Source of the DNA: Bdellovibrionales bacterium
GTDB lineage: Bacteria; Bdellovibrionota; Bdellovibrionia; Bdellovibrionales; UBA1609
DNA: 64,000 nucleotides
Reading direction: 5' to 3'
Assembly (NCBI GenBank): GCA_027317865.1
Contig: DAHVQG010000002.1
Location: 249,700 to 313,699 of the forward strand
The notes under the pieces were generated by a model that was not told the DNA's origin, did not search any database, and saw nothing but the letters and a program-made list of their open reading frames with translations. This document shows positions 20,795 through 30,346 of this stretch, piece after piece. Each line of letters starts with the position of its first letter. The stretch's first letter is position 1. Position numbers and translations under genes: made by a program.

Positions 20795-22528
20795 ATTTCG
20801 ACCCCTTGTCAATTCGACAAGGAGATCGAACTCTTTTCTGTAAGAAAATTCGAGACTTCCGCCTTTTAAAATCGGGTTCGATAAGACAACTTTGGCAAGT
20901 CTCGCCTTGTCGAGCAGATTTGTACCCAACTGCATGAAATCGCGCGACTTTTGCAGGAGTTCTATAACTCTCAGACTCGTAGTCAAAGTCTCCTGACTTG
21001 CTTTGGTATGGGCGACGATCTCAATGTCAATTTCGCCAAGAACTTTTCGCTTTTGATCGACGAAGCAATTGAATTCTTCTTCGGTCACAGCGCCTTTTTC
21101 GACAAGCGTTTTTATATCCTGACAGCGTTTTTCGATGGCTGCCTTTTTCGCTTCAAGCACGGAACTTTGCTCCGCCGAAAAAACACTCAATGCGCTTGCC
21201 GACGTTTTCACGTTCTCAATAAACGCGGCCGTTGTTTTCGGTGTGAATTTTGAGAATGGCTCGAAAGCTTCAACGACTCTGCTCAGGATTTCTTCCTGGC
21301 GAACGTTGATACGTCGCTCGGGGCAATCATGGCTTGCACAATGGTAATAAATATAAACTTTGCCGCTCGCTTTCTTGTGAACCTCTCCGGTAACAGAATT
21401 TCCGCAAACGCCGCACTTCATAAAATTCATAAACGGTTTTGCTATTTCATGAGAAAGCGACACTCTGGTACTCTCGGCTCGAATCGATTTCACGCGCTGA
21501 CAGCGATCAAAGAGGTCTTTTGATATAATGGGCGCGTGTTTTTCGTTCCCGGTCATAACGGTCGCACCATTTTTTGTGCGGGCTCCGTAATAAAACGGAT
21601 TGCAAATCATTTTCTCGATGCAACGATCAGTAATTGGTTGGAATTCCTTTTTTTTAGAAATCTCGCCACCCACGTCCTCGCGCACCCGTTTTAATACTAC
21701 GACGGCTTTGCCTTTAAGAAATTCGGCAAGAGCTTTGTAGGAATAATTCCCGGTGGAATACAATTCGAATGCCTCGGCGATATAGCGCGCTACTTTTTCA
21801 TCAAGTTCAATCTTGGCCCGGCCGTTATCATCGCGCACATTTTTATATCCCACTGGAGCCATACTGTTCCAATAGCCGTCTTCCCATCTTTGATCCATGC
21901 CCTTCTTAATTTCGATTCTCAAGTTGTCGATATAATGCTTGGCCAAAACCACTCCCAGATAAAATCGAAGTTTTTCGCCGGGCGACGAATCTCGATTCAC
22001 AACGAGGTTGTCTCGCGTGAAGTGAAAGCAAACGCCGGCTTCAACTAAATCTTCGATCATCACGGCGGCTCGAAGCCCGCGACAGGCACGATCAATTTTA
22101 TCAAAAATCACGTTTCTAATACCGTTCATGGACACGTATTCGAGCATTTCAAAAAACTTTTTTCGATCGAGTTCTTTAGATGCCGACTCGGTAACCGACC
22201 AGCTATTTACGCATTTGAGCCCAAGGCTCTTAATATACTCGGCTGATTTATCTCTTTGTGCTTCAAGTGAATAGCCCTCTCGTTGTCCTTCCGATGAAAC
22301 TCGGAAAAACTCAACAGCTAGATTTGGAGCTGCCGCAGTCTTTAACAGTTTGAGCACTGGCAAGGTTGGTCGCCGTTCAATTTTTTTCCGTTCATCTTTC
22401 AGAAGAATTTTTGCGATCTGCGCCCTTTCTTCGTCAGGAAGCTCTTTTGCGTTGTTCAATTGACTAACTCCTTTCATCAACAAAACTTTTGAGATCGCTC
22501 TCAAAATCAGAGAGTTTTCTAATTTCAA
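20726..22528 (-). CDS. Large serine integrase (resolvase + recombinase + Zn-ribbon domains)
   Basis: FFRVSSEGQ..GYSLEAQ (catalytic Ser), DKIDRACR, PVGY, NPFYYG, CGVCG..YYHC...C; likely start TTG 22459 after AAGGAG. Confidence 0.92.
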   Translation of the reverse strand: MKLENSLILRAISKVLLMKGVSQLNNAKELPDEERAQIAKILLKDERKKIERRPTLPVLKLLKTAAAPNLAVEFFRVSSEGQREGYSLEAQRDKSAEYIKSLGLKCVNSWSVTESASKELDRKKFFEMLEYVSMNGIRNVIFDKIDRACRGLRAAVMIEDLVEAGVCFHFTRDNLVVNRDSSPGEKLRFYLGVVLAKHYIDNLRIEIKKGMDQRWEDGYWNSMAPVGYKNVRDDNGRAKIELDEKVARYIAEAFELYSTGNYSYKALAEFLKGKAVVVLKRVREDVGGEISKKKEFQPITDRCIEKMICNPFYYGARTKNGATVMTGNEKHAPIISKDLFDRCQRVKSIRAESTRVSLSHEIAKPFMNFMKCGVCGNSVTGEVHKKASGKVYIYYHCASHDCPERRINVRQEEILSRVVEAFEPFSKFTPKTTAAFIENVKTSASALSVFSAEQSSVLEAKKAAIEKRCQDIKTLVEKGAVTEEEFNCFVDQKRKVLGEIDIEIVAHTKASQETLTTSLRVIELLQKSRDFMQLGTNLLDKARLAKVVLSNPILKGGSLEFSYRKEFDLLVELTRGRNWWRRRELNPGPQVIHIKAKLHA

Positions 22529-22823
22529 TATCCATCATCAAATCAATAAATCGTTTCAGGCTCGACAGGTTAGTTGATTTTTTGCTCCGTAAATATGTAG
22601 CTCGCGATTTGTTTCTCTTGCAGCTTTTGCAGACTGTATCCTGGCGTTTTCCCTTCGAATAAAATTCAGACGCCGGAAGACTTTGTAAGCATGTAGTACA
22701 AGATTTTTTAACTATAGTCCGCGTCGCTTCGATCGAATCGGGAGATTTCAACCCATTTTTGGTTGTGATGATAAGGCCCCTAAAAAATTGTAGGACAATA
22801 ATCCGCCCCGAGGAGCGAGGCAA
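22464..22823 (-). CDS. Small CxxC-CxxC Zn-finger protein, candidate recombination directionality factor
   Basis: CTTC...CKSC; abuts the integrase start; true start uncertain. Confidence 0.5.
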   Translation of the reverse strand: MPRSSGRIIVLQFFRGLIITTKNGLKSPDSIEATRTIVKKSCTTCLQSLPASEFYSKGKRQDTVCKSCKRNKSRATYLRSKKSTNLSSLKRFIDLMMDIEIRKLSDFESDLKSFVDERS

Positions 22824-22873
22824 ATACGCCTCGCACCTCCCGTTTGTTCACAATTAGTCGCCACTGTGAAATG

Positions 22874-23287
22874 TCATACCGACGATGGTTCAGTCGATCG
22901 CCTTGATCTCGGTTTTCTCACCTTGGATGTTTTAATGAACTCGCTAATTGAGGAGGCGAGCGCCTCGTCCGATTCAGATTTATCGATTAGCGAACGTAAA
23001 TAGGCTCGCTTGTCGAAGAATTTCTTTTCAAGCCAGGAGCGATCGTTCGCAATGTATCGATCGAAGAAACGCTCGATTATCGCATTTACAAGCTTCGACT
23101 CGTTTACCTTAAATTGACTGCCCGATTGCCGAATTCGCGCCACTTCGCTTGTCAGTTGCGAAATCAGGTCATCCGATATTGCGAGCCGCTTGGGCTCACC
23201 AGTGTTGGAAGAACTGTCGCTCACACGCGGGCTCGTTAATTTTATCGCAGTCTGTCGGCGATGATACACTGTTTGATTTTTGAGCAC
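22874..23287 (-). CDS. Hypothetical protein, possibly DNA-binding
   Basis: 137-aa ORF in the co-oriented ICE cluster. Confidence 0.55.
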   Translation of the reverse strand: MLKNQTVYHRRQTAIKLTSPRVSDSSSNTGEPKRLAISDDLISQLTSEVARIRQSGSQFKVNESKLVNAIIERFFDRYIANDRSWLEKKFFDKRAYLRSLIDKSESDEALASSISEFIKTSKVRKPRSRRSTEPSSV

Positions 23288-23453
23288 TGTTTGTATCTTT
23301 GCACTGTGGCAGGTCTAACGCCGGCACTTCATATGGATCTGGATCATAGCACGGGCTGGGTGCAAACTTTCGCAGACAAAACATCAACATTAAAAGGCCC
23401 AGCACTAACGAAGTGAACATGAAAAACAACCCCGTCCGATTATATTTATTCAC
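23196..23453 (-). CDS. Small membrane protein
   Basis: One TM helix; GTGA overlap with the upstream gene. Confidence 0.45.
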   Translation of the reverse strand: MNKYNRTGLFFMFTSLVLGLLMLMFCLRKFAPSPCYDPDPYEVPALDLPQCKDTNSAQKSNSVSSPTDCDKINEPACERQFFQHW

Positions 23454-23809
23454 TTCGAATCATCTGGGAGAAGAAAGATATTCTGTCCGTTTGCCGTCGT
23501 TGAAATCGGATCGCTACCGTAAAAGCCGGATACGCCGAACTTTTCGAGATTAAAAAGCGTGTCGCGCCGAACGTCAGCGTCTCGCTTCTCAAGCCCTTGA
23601 TAGGTTGCATAGCCGGCAATGCCGCCTATCGCGGCCGATATTAGAGCGCTTGTGAGCACGGCTTGACCCTTGTTTTGACTGTCGTGCAGGGCATTGGCGC
23701 CAATGGCACCAACAGCCGCGCCAGTTCCGATACCAAGTAGTGACGACTCCGTCACAGTGGCGCAACCTTGCAGAATACCGAAAAGTAATAGAAAACAACC
23801 CACGCACAT
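23450..23809 (-). CDS. Glycine-zipper lipoprotein
   Basis: Lipobox LQGC; GIGTGAAVGAIG and AAIGGIAG zippers; SD AAGGAGG upstream. Confidence 0.7.
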   Translation of the reverse strand: MCVGCFLLLFGILQGCATVTESSLLGIGTGAAVGAIGANALHDSQNKGQAVLTSALISAAIGGIAGYATYQGLEKRDADVRRDTLFNLEKFGVSGFYGSDPISTTANGQNIFLLPDDSK

Positions 23810-24170
23810 TCGATTAATACATCCTCCTTTTAACTCTTGATTTCACGAGAACTTTGTCTCCAACCAAAGAATAATTTTATTTATCAAAATGACTCCTAAA
23901 TTGATCGTTTCATATGATTGTTACTTCGTATAAAAGCGGCGGTTATAGATGCGCGACCGCAGCTCCATAATACCGACACTCATATCTGGATTACTTCGCT
24001 TATATTTATCAACTCAATGCTAAAGACTTGTACGCACTATCTCTTGTATGACGATTTAACGACCGTAAATATCATCATCATTAAACATACTTTCAAAAAC
24101 TCGATATTCTTCTGACTCCCCCGGAAAATCAAAAATAGTGTCCAGTAGTTTCAATTACTTGCGAAGCTCT

Positions 24171-24203
24171 GGCCCCAACTCCAGTTGGGGCCTAGTTGGG
24201 GCC
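24171..24203. repeat. Inverted plus direct repeat next to the relaxase gene (candidate oriT)
   Basis: GGCCCCAACT-CC-AGTTGGGGCC-T-AGTTGGGGCC. Confidence 0.6.
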
Positions 24204-24204
24204 G

Positions 24205-24954
24205 CTATCGGAGAAGAAATGTGGCATTTTTTCGATTTGTAAACGGCAGAGGTGATGCACCACTTCGAACAACATCCATCGTGCATGTGTAGATTTTGGG
24301 TTCAAACTGGGATTCGAATTCAGAGTCGACTCTACGGATAGATTTCTCAATTCTGGCGTCACCGCAAACATATAATGCCGCGACGATATCGTGTGAAAAG
24401 TAATACTCCGTAAGTTTTTTGCCATACCGGACGCCGCTCTTTTCAGATGCCTCAAATTCAAGGGCCAAGCGAAACGATTTTTCCTGGCCCCTCAGTACCA
24501 AGACTGCATCCGCGTTAACAGTGCCAAACGGCCCATACTCCAAAGAAGTAGTCAGTTCTCCGCAAGCTTGGAGCATATTTTCTGATATGTAATCTTCAAA
24601 CATAGCCGATTTTTCTAGCCGCGTTCGAATATCAGTCAGGGCAACGTCATGCAAATAGGAGTCGCTTTTGAAGTAAGCTTGCGTTATTTCAAATCGATAA
24701 TCTTTGCGAACTACGTTGAATCCTTTTTCGGTTAGACCATATATCAGTTCAAGTGAGCCGCCGCTAGGTATGCCGATTTTTGACAGATATCCATCCCGCA
24801 CAAGCCGCCCCAACCGGTATTGAACGGTTGGCCGTTTTGTCGACTCGAATAATCGGCACCGTATTTGGTCGTAGCTAATGGCCCGCTGCTCGAACGCAAA
24901 TTTCATAACCTTCCGGTCGCGCTCGGTAATCTGGACAGGACCCGTGCGCCGCAT
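24205..24954 (-). CDS. Replication-relaxation (Replic_Relax-like) protein, putative relaxase
   Basis: N-terminal wHTH (ITERDRKV..RLGRLVRDGYL..YGLTEKG); HDVAL, ADAVL, ALEFEAS..K PD-(D/E)xK-type motifs; next to coupling ATPase. Confidence 0.7.
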   Translation of the reverse strand: MRRTGPVQITERDRKVMKFAFEQRAISYDQIRCRLFESTKRPTVQYRLGRLVRDGYLSKIGIPSGGSLELIYGLTEKGFNVVRKDYRFEITQAYFKSDSYLHDVALTDIRTRLEKSAMFEDYISENMLQACGELTTSLEYGPFGTVNADAVLVLRGQEKSFRLALEFEASEKSGVRYGKKLTEYYFSHDIVAALYVCGDARIEKSIRRVDSEFESQFEPKIYTCTMDVVRSGASPLPFTNRKNATFLLR

Positions 24955-24955
24955 T

Positions 24956-26461
24956 TTACTTAGCCCGACCCTTCACGGTATTTTTACTGAACTCATTCGC
25001 GTCTTGAGATTTGGCTGCACTGAGTTCAAGCATTGGTTGAAAATTCCAGCTTTTGTCGTCAGAAATCGTTTTCGCTATCGCCTGAATTTTTAGCTCCAGT
25101 GCCTCTTCCGAAAGAAATGGCGCCTGAACTTCGACAAATTTGTTCCCGCCGGCCCAAACAGCGCGACCTTTGATGTCGGGTAGCGAATACGCTTTGATAT
25201 TTCCAAGCGCCGTGGTGGACCCTGCGAGCGTTGACATTTTAAACACCATTCGACCAGATAGATTTTCAAGCGTTTTGGTATCAAGCGACTCTTTAATAGG
25301 TTTTTGAGTGGCGATTACCAAATGAATTGCTGCCGCCCTTGATAATTTCGCAAGTTCATCTGTCAATTCGCGAGCGCGCGCCACGAGATCAGCTTTGGAT
25401 TTACTGACCGTCGTTTTACCGAATAAGACCGAGGCTTCATCGATTGCGACCACGATAAGATCCTTTTTATGGATCGATGGCTCAATTTTTTTGACGCCTT
25501 TTTCTTCCATAAATTGAAAACGCCTTTTCATTTCGTCTCGAACTGCGGTGAGCATTTTTACAGCGCCAACTTCGTCTTTGGCGATTCTCACGTTCGGCAA
25601 ATGGCCGAATTCTTTGAGTTCGACTCCGTGTTTTAGGTCGATCAAGTAAAACTGAATGTGCCGCCACTGACCAAGGCAAACGAGCAGCTGACATTCAAAC
25701 ACGCTTTTGCCGCCGCCGGACGTGCCGGCAATTAACAAGTGCGGTAGGTCGCGAATGTCTTGCGTTACTGTCCCGTTGACAGAAGCTCCAACCAAAAATG
25801 TAAACGGCGATTTGAGATCCTTTTCCAGGTCTTCATACAAGAACATTTTTCCGAGTTCCCGCTTGCAGAGCGAGATCTCAATAGTTCTGCGATCAGGCGA
25901 TGGTTCAATTTGTTCGACCATTTGACCAAATGCATATTCGAGATCGGATTTTTTACCTTCAAATCGATCCACCCCCACACCGATTGATCGAACAATAACT
26001 TTGCAGCGTTCGTCGTCCTTTGGTACGACCGCGAGAATTTTTGGCTGCTCACCCTTTGCGTTGCTCAAGCCAACGGAGTTGAAATTATTTTGAAGTTTTC
26101 TTCTTTCCACGAACGCTCTCAAGCCAAGTGCGCAAAGACTTGTGTATGTGACACCTGTGAGTAGTACCAAAAAGTGCGACCATTTTGGCCAGTGTTTTAG
26201 CCATGCCGTAAACTTCGCTGTAAATAGATTTGGCCAAATCCAGTGCAGTGCCTTCAAATATGCATAATCGCCATACGTCGCTGCAAATATGAGAAGAACA
26301 AGTGACGTTGAAAATATAATGAATTCGCTCGAACGAAACTTTATCCGCTTAAGACCCGCCCACGCCATTGAACCCGTCAGCGCAATGACAATGCCGACAG
26401 CGACCACAAACCGTTCAAGACTGTCGTTTTTGGCAACTATACCGTTATTCGGTGGTTTCAT
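24956..26461 (-). CDS. FtsK/SpoIIIE-family ATPase, putative coupling protein
   Basis: N-terminal TMs; PHLLIAGTSGGGKS, IDLK.GVE, EM.RR, VVAIDEA, RAAAIHLVIATQKP. Confidence 0.85.
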   Translation of the reverse strand: MKPPNNGIVAKNDSLERFVVAVGIVIALTGSMAWAGLKRIKFRSSEFIIFSTSLVLLIFAATYGDYAYLKALHWIWPNLFTAKFTAWLKHWPKWSHFLVLLTGVTYTSLCALGLRAFVERRKLQNNFNSVGLSNAKGEQPKILAVVPKDDERCKVIVRSIGVGVDRFEGKKSDLEYAFGQMVEQIEPSPDRRTIEISLCKRELGKMFLYEDLEKDLKSPFTFLVGASVNGTVTQDIRDLPHLLIAGTSGGGKSVFECQLLVCLGQWRHIQFYLIDLKHGVELKEFGHLPNVRIAKDEVGAVKMLTAVRDEMKRRFQFMEEKGVKKIEPSIHKKDLIVVAIDEASVLFGKTTVSKSKADLVARARELTDELAKLSRAAAIHLVIATQKPIKESLDTKTLENLSGRMVFKMSTLAGSTTALGNIKAYSLPDIKGRAVWAGGNKFVEVQAPFLSEEALELKIQAIAKTISDDKSWNFQPMLELSAAKSQDANEFSKNTVKGRAK

Positions 26462-27377
26462 AGTAACTACTCGATAGTGAAATGATGAGATCCGATCCGG
26501 AGTCGATCGTTACGTAGCTCGGAGTTTGGCCGAGTTTATTTGCCTGCTCATTTGCTTCCATCTGCGCCACATTCGATAGCCCATTGTAAAAGCCGTTTCT
26601 AAGATTCGCCTTTGGCGTTGGCAAGATCGACTGCCCCAGAGATTCCTTTTGTATCATGACGTCAGACATTCCGCTGATCATCGAAAGACCGATGACAGAT
26701 GCCATCCGATCGCCCGTATTGCCGTGATAATCACCAATCACGCCCGGCCGATAGTCCTTGGAGCTTAAGGCCCGCGCACTGATTTTGAATTCATTGCCGT
26801 CCGGTAAAAGCCCATGATCGAAATTGATGTAGACGCGATCGCCGTGACCGGGGTAGCTCGACTGCCCAAATAGAATAGTCTGCGGCGGAAGGCTACCGCC
26901 GCCGAATTTGTGAGCGGCGCCATATGGTAGAACAACTTGCACGCCCTCCGGGTAGCGGGTGTCAATGCCCGAAGCGAACTTCCCAATAAAATTTGATCCA
27001 ATCGGTAATTTTTCGTATGACTCGCCAGGAGTAATCACTTGTTTTGCCCGGTAGCGCAGGTGTAACGGCTGAAGCATTGTCCTAGGCGATTTAGGTGCAT
27101 GGCTCAATACGCCGCCGACTTTAGCAACTGTAGCAGCCAGTTGCGCGGCATTGGTTCCGGCGCCTTTTTGAATCAACGACACGTTACTCTGCCTAATCGC
27201 GGTCGCAACGGGTGACTTTCGAATCGAAGGCAGAAGTGAGATAACAATACCGAGAACGGTCAATGCAAACGCCGCAAGGATCGTATGTTTTCGGTTCAAT
27301 ACTTTTTTGCCGCCCTCATTCCTAAAGAAAAAATCCCGACTACGCTCACGAATATTTATTTTCAAAAATACCGCCAA
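26445..27377 (-). CDS. VirB10/TrbI-like T4SS core protein
   Basis: Single TM, then beta-rich domain (LPIGSNFIG, RVYINF..GL, GVIG) and helical tip; T4SS context. Confidence 0.65.
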   Translation of the reverse strand: MAVFLKINIRERSRDFFFRNEGGKKVLNRKHTILAAFALTVLGIVISLLPSIRKSPVATAIRQSNVSLIQKGAGTNAAQLAATVAKVGGVLSHAPKSPRTMLQPLHLRYRAKQVITPGESYEKLPIGSNFIGKFASGIDTRYPEGVQVVLPYGAAHKFGGGSLPPQTILFGQSSYPGHGDRVYINFDHGLLPDGNEFKISARALSSKDYRPGVIGDYHGNTGDRMASVIGLSMISGMSDVMIQKESLGQSILPTPKANLRNGFYNGLSNVAQMEANEQANKLGQTPSYVTIDSGSDLIISLSSSYYETTE

Positions 27378-28087
27378 GGGATACTTCGCTCCGCGAACGT
27401 ATTCATGAAGCGCAACTTGAGCGTGAGGTTCGTCCTTTGCTTTCTTGTAAACAGCAGTCGAACTCGCGCCGACTGCCCATGCTGTACGATGCCGCTTTGA
27501 ACGACAAACTCTTGAAGCGGTAACCGATTTGAGTGATAGCTGAGATCAACTTGAAGACCCGACAGCGATACCGCATTCGTCGAGATGTTCCTAACGGTGA
27601 GGTCTATGAGGTAAAAGGATCGGCCACGAAACTGCTCGATCCGATCAACCTTTACGCCGAGCAGGTGACCCACACGAAATGCGACATGGGGGTTAGAAAC
27701 TACATGAATCGGCGAAACCAAAATGGCCGGCTTCATAGGGTCCGATGAATTTTTGTCCTCCCAATACACATGGACAAGATCGTCATATCTCTCACTCGAT
27801 GGACGTAGTAAAAATCCATAAGTGTGTTTTGCACTATACACAAATAAGTTTGTTGCGACGGCACCGCGCGGTTGTACGGCGATGTCTTTGTCTGTGAACT
27901 CGATGCCGTAATAATTCGAATTACCGAGAACCACTTTTTTTGGTTTTTCTTGAAACCTCAATACGGTCGAACGGCCCATTCGTAAATAGATCGGGATCAT
28001 TTTTGACCCGTTTGCTTCGACAGTTCGCACATTACCGGCATACGCATGGCATCCGAGAAATAATGCCAACCAAATTAGCCACCGCAA
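27362..28087 (-). CDS. VirB9-like secreted T4SS protein
   Basis: Signal peptide; IYLRMGRSTVLRF..P..VVLG, TNLFV pattern; position. Confidence 0.55.
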   Translation of the reverse strand: MRWLIWLALFLGCHAYAGNVRTVEANGSKMIPIYLRMGRSTVLRFQEKPKKVVLGNSNYYGIEFTDKDIAVQPRGAVATNLFVYSAKHTYGFLLRPSSERYDDLVHVYWEDKNSSDPMKPAILVSPIHVVSNPHVAFRVGHLLGVKVDRIEQFRGRSFYLIDLTVRNISTNAVSLSGLQVDLSYHSNRLPLQEFVVQSGIVQHGQSARVRLLFTRKQRTNLTLKLRFMNTFAERSIPWRYF

Positions 28088-28684
28088 TTATTTTCCTTGG
28101 TAAACAATTTCGCCGGCTACGTAAAGACCGAGAGGATTCCACTGAGTGCGATCGCCTTGTACGAGTTGAAATGACACTTGAGTGGGGACGACAAGCGGAA
28201 CATTATCAACTCTCAATACAACATCAAACGTTGCAACCGTACTATCTTTTGTGATTTGAATGCCAAGTCCGGCCACACTTTGTTTAACCTTCTTACCCAT
28301 AAAATCCTTGTCTTTTTCTTGACTGAGTTCGGCGATTTCTTGGGCACGGAAATTATCCGTCACAAGCGGTGCAATATCTTCGCCGATGTGATTCGGGTCG
28401 AGTGTATCCCACTGGTATGCAAGTCCCACATACTCTTCAACAAAACGTTTTATGTTGTCTTCACCGAGCGGAACCGGCCGTCTAGTACCTTGAACAAATG
28501 TGTAATCGGCGCCTTGCTGAATCGCGACAATGGGATTTCGATTTGACAGCGTCAGACATAAGATAACGAGGAGCGCGCACAAACCCGCGACGACTGCGCC
28601 CCCAACTTTGTACAAAAATAAAATTCGATTGAGTGCCACCCATTGGTTAATGGGTTTGCCATTTTCAATTGCTTTGAGTAACAA
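28088..28684 (-). CDS. VirB8-like protein
   Basis: One TM; IKRFVEEYV, C-terminal NPLGLYV. Confidence 0.7.
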   Translation of the reverse strand: MLLKAIENGKPINQWVALNRILFLYKVGGAVVAGLCALLVILCLTLSNRNPIVAIQQGADYTFVQGTRRPVPLGEDNIKRFVEEYVGLAYQWDTLDPNHIGEDIAPLVTDNFRAQEIAELSQEKDKDFMGKKVKQSVAGLGIQITKDSTVATFDVVLRVDNVPLVVPTQVSFQLVQGDRTQWNPLGLYVAGEIVYQGK

Positions 28685-28685
28685 A

Positions 28686-29633
28686 TTATCTCCTTCTTTT
28701 GTTTATATTCTTAGCTTCTTGAGGTAGCCCGACTTGGGAGTACCAGTTTGAAAAATTCCTGACATGTGGCTTCATTCGGTCAGCCATGATCTGTGCGCGT
28801 CCACTGATGGGGTTAGTCAAAGGTTTAGCCGCAAAGTTCGATGCTGCAAGAGTCCCACCCACGGCCTTTCGACCCAAAACCCTTGATGAAAGCATCGCCG
28901 CCTTCGTCGCCATGAGTCCGGGTGCAGCCGCAAGGCCAGCCGCCGCCGATTGCAATCCATCGCCCAGAAGCGATTTTGCAAATAGAGGAATGAGAAGCAT
29001 CGAAACACCGATCAGTAAGTTCATCACCATCGACAAAATGTAGTCGTCAACTCCAACGACCTTTGGATTCATTGCAAGCTTTAATAAAAGTGCGCCGAGG
29101 AGGGTCCATAAAACCTTCCATGTGGCGACACTCACCAGACCCCGATATAAATTGCCCGTGATGCGAGCCGTGGACTTGGGCACGTAGCAAAGAATCATAA
29201 GCGGCGCGCACACAAACAATATTGCCCAAACAAAATTCATGAGCGTAATCGACGCGAAAAATCCGATATAAGCGATGAGGTAAGCGCCAATTGCAAAAAT
29301 ATAAATAACGCTTGCTCTAAGATCAAATAGGCTACCTGACTTACCCTGTGAGTTCGGGCCAAGGTGCTTGATTGCGGTCCATAAAGCGTGCGTGTGGTCG
29401 ATGTGTGCCGTTATTTGATCACCCAGCATACCGATCGTGTTAACTACAGTCGCAAAAGAAACGAGAAGCAGGATCGAAATAACCGTTCGCTTGAGTATAT
29501 CGTTGACGTTGGGCGAGCTTTTTAAGAATTCAAAAACTATCAAAAGCGTGACCACAGCCGGGAGCAGTATCCAATAAACTTGAACCATCTCGCCGTGGAG
29601 ACTTTTCGCATATACGAATAAATTTTCAAACAT
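28686..29633 (-). CDS. VirB6-like polytopic membrane protein
   Basis: Multiple TMs, APLMI motif, Ala/Gly-rich tail; position. Confidence 0.65.
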   Translation of the reverse strand: MFENLFVYAKSLHGEMVQVYWILLPAVVTLLIVFEFLKSSPNVNDILKRTVISILLLVSFATVVNTIGMLGDQITAHIDHTHALWTAIKHLGPNSQGKSGSLFDLRASVIYIFAIGAYLIAYIGFFASITLMNFVWAILFVCAPLMILCYVPKSTARITGNLYRGLVSVATWKVLWTLLGALLLKLAMNPKVVGVDDYILSMVMNLLIGVSMLLIPLFAKSLLGDGLQSAAAGLAAAPGLMATKAAMLSSRVLGRKAVGGTLAASNFAAKPLTNPISGRAQIMADRMKPHVRNFSNWYSQVGLPQEAKNINKRRR

Positions 29634-29635
29634 TT

Positions 29636-30322
29636 CTAAAATCTCGATAAGCTTGTATCAAGCTTGAAATTCTGAAATCCACCGTCGAGATCGCGATCCA
29701 CTTTTTGAAAATCAGTTACCTGATCCTTGTCGGCTTTGTTATTCATGGCCAGCTGTTCGCTCTCAAGTTTCAGCATTTGAGTATTGAGGCGAATAAGCTG
29801 GCTGAGACTTCGCAAAATCTCAGCACTCGTTTCTGCCTGCATCCGAGCGGCACCCTTGGGTGAAGCCTGGCGGGCTTGTACCAGTATCTTTATCGAATTT
29901 GCTTCTTGTTCCGACGAATACTGCTTAAATGAGTCGACCATGCGTAGTGACTCAGCGACACTTTGATCGTTAAGAAGCTCTAATGCCGCAGCTCTACTCT
30001 TCGGCACTCGACCATAAATCGACGAGATCATGTCAACGGCTTGTTTGAAATTTTGTAGATCAGCCAATATTCGATCATCATGCACTGGAAGAGTCGAGAG
30101 AAGTCCGATCGAATTTTCGAGACCGGAATTTATAACGTGCATGTAATCGGACATGTCACGCCCTTGCTGGACCATTGTTTCGAATTCCTGGTAGTCTTGG
30201 ATATTCTGAGCCAGTATCTTTAATAAGATCGGAATGTCACCTCCGAAGAAATCCGCCCTGGCGGGCGGACTTATGAATAATAGCGTAAACGCTGTAACTG
30301 CCGTCCAGCGAAGTATTTTAAT
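29636..30322 (-). CDS. VirB5/TrbJ-like secreted helical protein, probable ATT start
   Basis: Frame extends 49 codons upstream of ATG 30175 to ATT 30322 after SD AAAGGAGGT, giving signal peptide (M)KILRWTAVTAFTLLFISPPARA-DFFGGD. Confidence 0.6.
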   Translation of the reverse strand: MKILRWTAVTAFTLLFISPPARADFFGGDIPILLKILAQNIQDYQEFETMVQQGRDMSDYMHVINSGLENSIGLLSTLPVHDDRILADLQNFKQAVDMISSIYGRVPKSRAAALELLNDQSVAESLRMVDSFKQYSSEQEANSIKILVQARQASPKGAARMQAETSAEILRSLSQLIRLNTQMLKLESEQLAMNNKADKDQVTDFQKVDRDLDGGFQNFKLDTSLSRF

Positions 30323-30346
30323 ACGACCTCCTTTGAATCAGTTCGA

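Noticed and set aside
27800-27817. TGGACGTAGT half-site inside the VirB9-like gene
   Set aside because: The right half does not match, it lies in coding sequence, and no promoter is nearby; probably chance.
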